Shown here: piece by piece, positions 12,650 to 24,078 of the stretch | Layout: the number at the start of each line of letters is the position of its first letter | Numbering within the stretch: the first letter of the stretch is position 1 | Assembly: GCF_001194135.2 (NCBI RefSeq) | Contig: NC_068981.1 | Coordinates: forward strand, 147,979,812 to 148,043,811 | Source: Octopus bimaculoides | Taxonomy: Eukaryota | DNA length: 64,000 bases | Direction: 5' to 3' | The notes under the pieces: generated by a model | What the model was told of the DNA's origin: nothing | Databases searched by the model: none | Seen by the model: the letters and a program-made list of their open reading frames with translations, nothing else | Translations under genes and position numbers: made by a program

Positions 12650-14178
12650 TAATTTATGATTGACTTCTAATCTTGAAGATGGTGACATTCTATTAGCTAG
12701 TTGACAATGATATGTTTGACTCTCTACATTGTTGCTCAAACCCGCTAGATATAACAGTCAAATTTTCCTGTAACACACTAACATCTTAAAAAGGAAGAAC
12801 ATATAATATAACAGAGTCCGAGATAAGCTCTCACCATCATTTTATGTTTGTTTTACAGCCTCTGCCATTTGTTGTGTTCCTTTTTAATCTGGCATACATT
12901 GCAAAAGAGAAAACTGGCCATCTTTGTTTTTGTGTATATGGTTTGGGGGGGGGGCGTGATTTTTAGAAGCTAGATGCCCTTCTTGTCACCAACCATTTTG
13001 CAATGTCAGAATAAGAGTCGGGATAATCATAGCTGGACTACATTTAATCATAGGCTTGCTCAATGTGAGGGCTAACACTAGACTGAACAACATTTGAAAA
13101 ACTATGCACCTTTTCATTTACCAAACAGAAAAGGACAGAAAACTTTAATATTCTAAATTAACAAAGTATAATACATTAGTTATTGCTATTGTTTAGCCCC
13201 AGGTCGTCCATGATCAAGCAGACCTATTATCATCCCAACCATGAGATCTCGGATTCAGTCCAACTCTGACACCTTGAACAAGTTTCTTCCACTGTAGCCC
13301 CAGTCTGACCAAAGCCTTGTGATTGGATTTGGTAGGCAGAAACTGAAAGAATCCTGTCATACATACATGCACAAATACACACATACATACACATGCATAA
13401 CATCATCATTATCATTTAATGCCTGTTTTCCATGCTGGCATGGGTTGGATGGTTTGACCAGAGCTGGCAAGCAGGAGAGCTGCACCAAGCTCCAGTCTGA
13501 TTTGGCTTGATTTCTCCAGCTGTATTTGTGTGTACCCTTGTCTAACCAACATGTGATGCTTGTAAATGAGCATTATAGTCTTGTAAGTGAGGTTGTCCAT
13601 TTTCAATTTTCCATGATAACCATGTCTCATCTCACCATGAGGAAATATTACTTTGCTTAGAAACAAATGAGGATTGGTGACAGGAAGAATATCTGACCAT
13701 TAAAAAAAATTTACCTCATCAAATTCCATTTGACCTATGCAAGTATGGAAAGAAGAACTTAGATGAGGCNNNNNNNNNNNNNNNNNNNNNNNNNNNNNNN
13801 NNNNNNNNNNNNNNNNNAATTCAACATTGTATCTAGAACTACATTATTCCAATGTCTTTTATAAGATGGTAGAGTGTGATTTGAAAGGGATATACTGTCA
13901 TTTCTATTTCATCCTTTGTTTGTTAGTCCCAAGTTACCCCTGATTGAGTAAACCTATGATCATGACATTCCAGTTGTAATCATTTTATCTTCTTGTATAT
14001 CTCAGAGTACAATGTGCCCTTCCCTTATTTTTTTAAAGATAGTAGGATGGTGTAATTTGAACCTAGCATTGACTCATATAGATGCTCTTAAAATGGTTCA
14101 AATTCACTGTTTTTAAAAGTGATCTCTTAGAAACTATCCTTTCTAAATGAACTTGTAGGTTAATTGGAATACATCTAA

Positions 14179-14721
14179 CTCTTTAGCATTCAGAATACTC
14201 TGTGAAATGTAATGCTTATTTATTCACATTGTTTTGAATTAATCATGCATTATCTCATAACTTTCAGATTTTGACGATGTGATTGTTTATTTTTAGAATG
14301 TCACTGTAGGGTAGATGTGAGTGGTCAGCTCTGCTCAATTTTCCATGATAACCATGTCTCATCTCACCATGAGGAAATATTACTTTGCTTAGAAACAAAT
14401 GAGGATTGGTGACAGGAAGAATATCTGACCATTAAAAAAAATTTACCTCATCAAATTCCATTTGACCTATGCAAGTATGGAAAGAAGAACTTAGATGAGG
14501 CTGATGGTGATCCATCTTTAATGACAATTCCATCTTTAATTCAACATTGTATCTAGAACTACATTATTCCAATGTCTTTTATAAGATGGTAGAGTGTGAT
14601 TTGAAAGGGATATACTGTCATTTCTATTTCATCCTTTGTTTGTTAGTCCCAAGTTACCCCTGATTGAGTAAGACAGGTAGAATATTTAGGATTGATATGG
14701 CCAGTTCAAACATTATAAGGT
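14179..14721. mobile_element. piggyBac-like MITE interrupted by a 337-bp insertion (14335-14671)
   Basis: Begins CTAA|CTCTTTAGCATT and ends AAGGT|TTAA. The two halves align with the uninterrupted copies at 39197-39371 and about 52680-52860 (minus). Confidence 0.7.
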
Positions 14722-15349
14722 TTAAAATGAACGGGAAGAATAATGGAAAGGAATAAGAATGAATACTGATAGGTAATCATTAAAAAGAGGTTAATACCTA
14801 AGTATGACTGGAAGCCTAACAAAAGCCAGCTTGGTTTTTTGGTTCTTATAAAACCTGATATTAATGGTATATTGATTAGAGGTCTTCTTCAACCATGTAT
14901 CCCACCAGTGAACACACACACATACACACTATCTCTCTTTCTTTCTTTGTCTCTCTCTTCCTCTCTCTATTTCTATTTCCCTTAACGACCAGTTTTGTAA
15001 GTATTATCTATAAAAGACATTCTAATTACTGTTCTGAATATTTGATCTTTACAGAAAGATTAATTTAAAGAATACTTCGTTCATGATTGGACATCTTAAT
15101 GTATTGTAATGATGATAATTATTCTTTACATCAGTAAAAAAAAAATCACACATTTGTATGTGAGTCAGAATAAAACCAGTATATAACTGGTATGTATTTT
15201 GTCAAGTATGGAGGAATGAAAAACTGAGTTAACTCCAGTAAAAAAAAAAATTTAATTAAATACTCTAAAGCATTTAGTATAGCAAATTATCATTCTTGTT
15301 ACACAACTGCCTAATAATAATAATTCTTTCTAATTATAAGCACAAGTTT

Positions 15350-16180
15350 CATTGTCCTGTGCACATCTTGGATAAGTTCATCTGACAGCACTTCCATGCC
15401 TGTAGAGTTTATCTTGAACTAGTAGCAGCCCTCGGCAGCACTGCTAGGCCAAGGACATCAGCAGTCATGGTGTGCCAAGCCCATCACACCAATGGAGCTG
15501 GTTGTAGATGACTGCCTGATCAGTCAAAAAGTTAAAGAATAAGTACTCCAAGAAGGTCAGATGAAAACTAAAGTAGGGCATGATGGCCACGTGTTAAATG
15601 ATGACAGAGGTGATACAAGGATTTGCCACCTCTGCCCAATCTTTCTGTCAGCACATTTCTTGGGTGAGACTGGCCATCCTGCTCATCACCTCATCTCAGT
15701 TTTAGTCCACCCACAACTGGGCATGGCTCCAGAATGGTTTTATGGTTTTGAGAGGTCATAAGGACTTGCAGATCCATGCTGATCTTTCTTCAACACATCA
15801 TCTCCCATCTCTTTAGCTCTCACAACCCACCCATATTGTGCTATAAAGGTGACAAGTCAAGGATTACTGTCACTCACAATCACCCTTGTGTTGCACTAAG
15901 CCATATGTTACGGTACAAGTGTATGGGCAGGTGTGGATCATACCACTTCAGCCTGCTACTTGGCCTTTTCCTCAACAGAACTGCTTTGCTATGTTCAATA
16001 GACATTGTTCTATACGTCTGCCTGTGCCAGTTTCAATTCATCTTTTGATTTTTAGGGTACATACAAAAGGTGCCTCCTATTCTTGGACAAGGGGAGCATA
16101 TTTTTTCATGATGTAGTCCTTTCAAGCTTGTGTTTCTAACAGGAACCTCTCAAGTCCAGAATCTCTCTGTTGGCTGCATT
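15350..16180 (-). pseudogene. Very degenerate LTR-retrotransposon (Gypsy-like) RT/RNase H remnant
   Basis: GC-richer island. The minus-strand frame at about 15880-15950 reads LKWYDPHLPIHLY, resembling the RNase H start LxYYDPxxPIxL. Many stops; weak similarity by eye only. Confidence 0.3.
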
Positions 16181-17995
16181 GCTTGCTAACATGTATGTGG
16201 AAAGCTTTGTGTTGCTACTGTTATTGTTGTTGTTGTTGATTTAAGTCTTCAAATCAACTCTCATTTGCGTCAAAAACACCAGATATGTATTTTTTTTACA
16301 TTAGTATTTTCTTTTATAAACTTTTTCTGTTTTCATGTGTTGTCTCTGTGAATGCATTTGTTCATTGAGAGGGCATGTCATGTTGACATTTTGTACTGAA
16401 TGTCAGCTAGCAAAAAGATATTTTCAAAACGACTGTTTTTTTTTTTCCTCCAGAAAATATGACAGTGAAAAAAATGAAGAAACAACCTCCTCAACTTCTT
16501 AATTAATAATTTTTCACAATGTGACTCATAAATAATAATCCAATTTATAGAAACTTGACAAAATGTAATCCATAAACTAAAGCACAAGCAAAAACGTCTT
16601 GCCAAAGTATAGCTCTCTGTAAAAAACTGAAACCAGTCTTACATCTTCAACAAAACCAAAATTAACAAAATGGCTGCTGGATGGGAAAATATCATAATTC
16701 CCAAAAACAAAAAGCACCAGAGACTTCCCCAAAGCTTCATGTCTGTGACTTGTGCATAACAATCTCTGGAATTCTTTTCCTAAGCATGTTTTTTCAGCAA
16801 AACTTGAACTACATAATGTTATCACCACTATCATCATTGTGTAATGTCCACTTTTCCATGCTTGCATGAATCAAACGGAATTTATGGAGGAAGATTTTTC
16901 TTAAGGCTGGATGCCTTTCCTGTTACCAATCCTCACTATTTCCAAACAAGGTAATATTTCCCCATGGCCAGACATGTTTCTCATGGAAGACTGAAAATGA
17001 ACAAAATTGCTTGTATGAAAGTGACACACATTTACAATCATCATATGACAAGATACACACATACACACACAAATATATATGTACACACGTACTATATATA
17101 TATAATAAATAATATATATATATGATAATTAATACATATATATANNNNNNNNNNNNNNNNNNNNNNNNNNNNNNNNNNNNNNNNNNNNNNNNNNNNNNNN
17201 NNNNNNNNNAGACAAAGAACTCTTCATTAGTTGTTGGCTGTCTATCTACTCCTCATTTCGAGTAATCAATGACAATGTGAGTCTTCAAAGACAGTTGCTC
17301 CCATAAATTTTTAAATAAAATTTAGGATTTATGGAGTATTAAAGTTGGGAACAAAAATATGACAGTGGAGACATACAAGAAATGAGAGGAAAATAGTGAA
17401 CACTGGGAGAAATAATTTTTTTGAAAAGAGAAAAGATAGAAGAGATAGAAAAAAACACGTCTGCTCTTTTGAACATCTGTGCAGGAAAAGGAAGATGGTC
17501 CTGTGAGGAAAAGAAAGATGGACAATGGTCATGTGTGAGCAACGAGAGAGAGAGAGAGAGAGAAAGAGAGAAAGAGGGAGAGAGAGAGAGACATATAGAA
17601 AACGGTGGAAGAGGGAGGGGAGAAAAAAGGAATTAGAGAAAGATGGAGAAAGAAAACAGTATAGAGTAGAGAGTCGCATCAAAAAGGTGAAGACAAACTT
17701 ACTTGACAATGGATGTGTCAAACGCAGGTGTTATTCAAATCATACATTTATATATATATGACAGGCTTCTTTCAGTTTCCATCTCCCAAATCCACTCACA
17801 AGGCTTTGGTCAGCTTGATTTTATAGCTGTAATGATGATTAGTTTTTACTAGCACATTTGCAGGTGAGTCAGAACAAACCAGTATATAGCTTGTATGTAT
17901 TTTATCAAGTGTATAAGTGTGAAAAACAAAACTGACTGCACAAAAAAAAAAGAAAAATGAAATACTCTAAAGCATTTAGTATGGCAATTTATCAA

Positions 17996-18232
17996 ACAGA
18001 ATATCAATCACGTTAATCATAAGGAGAAGGCCTTTAAATAGCAGGAGCACTGAACAACTGACAAAATCAGAACATCAATCACATTAGTCATAAGGAAAAG
18101 GCCTTCAAATATCAGGAGCACTGCCCCTCTTCCACTGACTAACTTACAAAACAGAACATCACATCAACCACAAGGGGAAAGCCTTTAAAAATCAGGAGTA
18201 ATGACCCTCCTCCACAGACTAGCTTACAAAAT
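17996..18232. repeat. Minisatellite, three diverged 70-85 bp units
   Basis: Units start ACAGAA(C/T)ATCA at about 17996, 18068 and 18150; shared core AAGG..AAGGCCTTTAAA.ATCAGGAGCACTG. Confidence 0.8.
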
Positions 18233-20866
18233 ATATAAAACAACAACTTTGTATTGTTTTTTTTTTTCATGCTGTGCCTCTTTATGGCCTTGTAACTTAG
18301 CTATTTGACAAATAAGAGAAATCATTAAGCATCAAACTGAAATAAGTATTTGGGTCGATATGGTTACCTGAAATCCTTGATGACTGTGCCCCAACATAGT
18401 CACGATTTTATGACAAACCAGTTAAAGAATAAAAATTATCTAGGTATTTATTCTTTCTACATAGAAAACTTTAGTAATTCATACAGGAGAAAACAATTTC
18501 ACCTTCTAAATAATTATTATATTTGTTATTTATTGATTCAGAAACCAAAAGAAATCCTAACTGATATATCAAAATATGAAAATCAAATGTATATTGTCAG
18601 TGTAACTTTAGAATAAAAATAAGGATAGGCGTGGTGATACACTGTGCAAAATAGAAAAACACCAAATGTGACAGAATACTGGAGAAATCATATAAAAGTA
18701 CTTCTATAGCTATTTGGGTAATATCCTAAGAATGGTGAAATAGTAGAAATTGATATCTTACAATAGCAATAATGGGGGTGGAAGGAATCATTCAAAAGAA
18801 AGGATTTTGAAGCAAAAACAATATAAAAAATAGAAAAACCAGAGTCTTTGTCAAAGAGTTCTTGTTTTGGATAGAAACAAATTATTGATTATGTTTGATG
18901 AATTTATGTTGATAGTTGAGAGAGAGAGATGGTAATAAAGAAGAGAGAGAGAGCAGGGAGAGGAGAGAAGATATATAAGAGAGAGGAGTGATAATGGATG
19001 AAAAAAAAGGGGTGGGATGAAAACAGATAAAAGAGATGGTAGTGAAGATAGATGAAAAAGTAAGGAGTAATGTGAAAGTGAGACAAGAGAGAGAGAGAGT
19101 GAGGAGCGAATGAAAGTGAGTAAAAATGAGTGAAAGAGTAAAAATGAGCTGGAGAGATAGTGTGAAACAGAAGAGAAAAAGAAACTGAGTGAAAAGAGAA
19201 AGGAAATAAAGAAAGAAAAACCAAGACTGAAAGGTTGAATCATAAATAGACAGAAGAAACACAGGAAAATTGAGAAGTATATAGAAAGATCTAAATGTTG
19301 GAAGTTTTTACAGCTTTAGTTGTGGCAATGGTGTAGGTGGTTTTTTTTCTTCATAGATGAGGTCAGTGAAGAGATCATTACATTGGGTTATTTGATTGAA
19401 GGGAGAGATTAGTTTAGTGACAATTTGACTGATGAATGGAAATGTATACAAGTGTGTACATGCGCACATATATGTGTGTGTGTGTGTGTGTGTGTGTCTT
19501 TGTGTTTATGCTTGTTCCCCACCACTGCTTGTGTTGGTCTGTTTACGCCCTCATGACTTAGTGGTTTGACAAAAACAGACTGATAATATATGTACCAGGC
19601 TTTAAAAACAATAATAAATACTGGGGTTAAGTTGTTGACTAAAACTTATCATGGTGTGTCTCAGCAAATGAAAGATAAAAGATAAAAGTTCTTTCAACTT
19701 CAGAGAAATACTAAATAAATAGCTAAGAAAAAAAGAAATAACTGCAGATCAGAACTAAAATTGCCCTTTTCTGCAAAAGAAGCTAACATTAGCACAACTG
19801 AATATTTTCGCTCTGCCTTTTCCTTGAGTTTGGTGTAATCAACCTGACAAACTAAGCTAAATTTTCTGAGTTATATAGAAAAAAATTTTGTTTTGTAAAA
19901 TTTCTGCAAAATTTTAACTTATTTTTGATAAAAATGCTAATTACCTTCATTCTGAAATATAAAATATTCTTTTGATAAAAAGTATTTTTTGCAAGAAATA
20001 ACTTATAATCTTCAAAAATCATTGCAATTTTTGCCTTAATCAATGGAAAATATATAAAACTGAAAGAACATGGTTAAATTTACTTGAAATTATTCAATTA
20101 ATTTTTGCAGAATATTCCATAACAACCTCAGCCAACAATATTTTTTTTTCTCCTAACATCCAGAATTTCATTTTTTTAATCTACAAATAACATCAAATCA
20201 TTTATGCATATTCATTTCTCAATCTACAAGAAGCATCAAATCTTTTTCACTATTTCTTCTTCAAGATAATAATGAAAAAAAATTAAAACCTCAAAGCTTA
20301 AATTAAAATAATTCAAATGAATATTTAGTGTTTTTGTTAATTTTGAAAAGTATACACATTGTGATCGATCACTTCTATTCTACAATATATTGATTTATGT
20401 TTCCCAACTAAATTCTGCTTATCATTTCAGTATCTTTNNNNNNNNNNNNNNNNNNNNNNNNNNNNNNNNNNNNNNNNNNNNNNNNNNNNNNNNNNNNNNN
20501 NNNNNNNNNNNNNNNNNNNNNNNNNNNNNNNNNNNNNNNNNNNNNNNNNNNNNNNNNNNNNNNNNNNNNNNNNNNNNNNNNNNNNNNNNNNNNNNNNNNN
20601 NNNNNNNNNNNNNNNNNNNNNNNNNNNNNNNNNNNNNNNNNNNNNNNNNNNNNNNNNNNNNNNNNNNNNNNNNNNNNNNNNNNNNNNNNNNATTCAATTA
20701 TCAAATGAGAATTTGATATTGAATCGCATTTTAGTCTGTTCTTTTTTTTTTTTTTTAACCAGAATGTGATCTTAATCGTATTTTTATTAATTTTAATTTT
20801 TACATTTAAAATGCATTTTTCAGAATCCTTCAACAACCTACATCAGTGAAATTGACTGCCTATTTA

Positions 20867-20912
<46 letters not shown>

Positions 20913-21891
20913 TCTTCACCACCACTAGACAACCAGTGCTGGTGTGTTTACGTCCTTGTAACTTAGCGGTTTGGCAAAAGAGTCTGGTACAATAGATACC
21001 AGGCTTAAAAAAGATAAGTGCTGGGGTGGATTGATTCGACTAAAATATTCTTCAAGGTGGTACTCCAGCATGACCACAGTTTAATGGCTGAAACAAGTAA
21101 AAGAAAATGATAAAAATGTTAACCATTGTCCAAGTCTTCTAAGCCAATTATATACATTCACATTCAACACACTACTAATGCTATAATCTAATAATCCTCA
21201 AAGAGCTCACCAAAGTTGTTGTTTAGCCATAGGTCAGCCTTGATCATCCTAGCATTTGATTAAAGGCATTTTAGGGCTATGTAGAACAACATTGTCCAGT
21301 GTGTATTTCTTCCTTTTTTAAGGTAAAAAATGTAATCTAAGGGAAATTTGACTGGTTGCTAATTCTAGCAAACTGCACAAACACTCAGAGAGGCAATCTC
21401 ACATTGCTTCATGGTTTACCAGAGTTTATGCCACTGCTACACTGGCAAAATACCCTAAATTAACTGTTCTAGTTTCATACCACCATTTTTATTCTTTAGT
21501 TTATAAAAGCTTAAAATTATTAGCTGAATTATGAAAATAAATTTTCATTTTTTATTCAGTTTGCAAGATTCTTGATGTGAACTCGTGTGTTAAAACATAT
21601 TTTGTTTTATCTTGGAAGAGTCATTTTGCCAATAATAAACATAAACTGGTTCTATTTCACTTATTTATTTTCCATATATCAATTGGTTAACCATTTAATC
21701 AATTAACTAATCAATTGTTTGATTAAACATTCAGTCAATAAATCAGTCGGATGGGTTTGTCAAAATCCTTTATTTGCCATTTGCAACTTTATCAGTGACA
21801 TGTCCTTTCTGCTCCAGGTCTTTTTTAGTTCTGTCTGCCTGTCTCCTAGTTTACAGGTTCTGTATTTATATGGTTGTGAGAATGTATGAGG

Positions 21892-21953
<62 letters not shown>

Positions 21954-22741
21954 AAGAAAAAGAGGAGAGAGTGTGTATTTATCAAATTATGAATTTATTT
22001 TTTATTAATGCAAAATAATAGAAACCTTAATGGAAATAAGTTTGTAGATACTCATGCAACATAACTTCATGGTTATCATTGATAAATTACAGGTAATATA
22101 ATTTATCTAACTAAATATGTATAGCTATGAGAACTATGTCTCCTTCACAGACTATTAAATATATAGTAAAAATTGCTGCTTTTAGAAAAATGAAAGAAAA
22201 TCTGTTTGGTGAACTGTCTGTTAAAGAGTACTTTGCAAAATCAAAGGAAATAGCAGAAATACTGATATCACTTCTTAGAGAAGTCTTTAATCAGATGGAC
22301 TTTTATCCAAATGACCTTTGTGTGGTAAGACATTGCTGTTATGTATTGCAATTCTACATGTCTCTTCTGTGACCACATTTCATTTCCACACATTTCATCA
22401 ATCGATGTCTCTTCAGTAGAAACAATCACTTGAGGAACAAATAATATTTGGATGAATAGTTAAGATGCTCATTTTGCATTCATGTGGTTTCAGGTTCAGT
22501 CCCACAGAGCAGCACCTCAGGCAATGTCTTCTACAATAGCCATCAGAAATTGTGAGAAAGTCTGTCACATGTGCACACTTAAAAATAAGTACTGAAGTCA
22601 ATTTGTTTGATTAAAACCCTTCAAAGCAATGCCCCAGCTTGGTTGCAGTTCAGTAAGTAAACCAAAAGATAAATATCATAAGTCTAATAAAATCACAGAG
22701 ATGAGGAGAGAAGGGGACAGAAAGAGACAGAAATAGATAGG

Positions 22742-22815
<74 letters not shown>

Positions 22816-24030
22816 TAGGAATATCCTTGGATATACAACTCTGGAAGTTTTAACATTTCACCATGGTGAGATGTTAGCAGCCATACGAAAGCATTAAAAA
22901 GATATTTAAACTTGTAAAACTCGAAAGTTTTCCAGAAAATAAAATAGTTTCATGAATTTGAAAAAAATGTAATATAATAAAATAAAATAAAAACAGATTA
23001 TAACTGGAGGGGAGTGACACCTACACAACCTGACTAAGTATAACCAAATCAAAACAAACCGAGCTCCAGACAGATTCAAATGCTGCTAGGAATCCAGTAA
23101 AAGTGTAGCATAGAGAGGCAACAGTGCTGACAATGTTTTCCCGAGCCAACAAGGGAATTGCTGATAACTCGATACATTAGAAATAGCAGCCAAATCTCTC
23201 TCAAATTGTACCCTACCGTCTTAAAAAAAGGGGTAGGAAACAGATAAAGTAATCGCATGTAAACGTTTGAATATGTAAACGAATTATAAGGACAAGATGA
23301 TCACAACTGGATCCCTTTTGGTATAAGGTTAGACAACACAATGTTTCCGGATATAGATACAAGGTCAACTTTTATTTAGTGGTGAGAATACAGCCGAAAA
23401 TTCATATACAATAGTCGGAAATTATCTACTGCGCCAAAGACTTTATGTCCCATCCAAAACCATTTTCTGTAGATGTTTTTCAGTTTTGACTTTTTACGAA
23501 TTTTTTTCAAAGTTATATTACAAAGTAAGGTTTAAAAAAAAAAAAAAAAAAAAAAAAAGAATCACACTCTCAAATGTTTAAAAGATAAACGTAAACATTT
23601 TTTTCTAAAAGTAGTCAAAACTTTAAAATTACGGAAGGACTGAGAGGTAAAATCTCCCCATCCATGTTTCTTTCTTTCCTATCTTTCTTTTATTTTTGTC
23701 AGAATCATACTCTTGGGATTTCCTTGCTTTTATCATTGAGAACAATAGATTTAGCTGGTGGTCTTGTTATCTCTATTCTAGATTTTGGTGATGTAGAAGA
23801 GGTTAGAAAGGGTCAAGTGGTGAAGACATTGTTTCGGCCAAACTAAAGGCATCTAGAAAACATTAAACTGCTGTCAGAGAAAAACCATTGTTCCACCGTG
23901 GGGAAAAGTTCTGTTGCAGTGTTGATTTAAATTTGGCTATAGTGGATCGAATCCACTTCACGCATGCAAGGTCCACTACATATGTATATATATACATATA
24001 TGTATGTATATATATAATATCTCTCTCTAT

Positions 24031-24078
<48 letters not shown>

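Noticed and set aside
17322-19262. Hydrophobic or charged ORFs at 17322-17761 and 18851-19262
   Set aside because: Derived from (GA)n and purine-rich low-complexity DNA.
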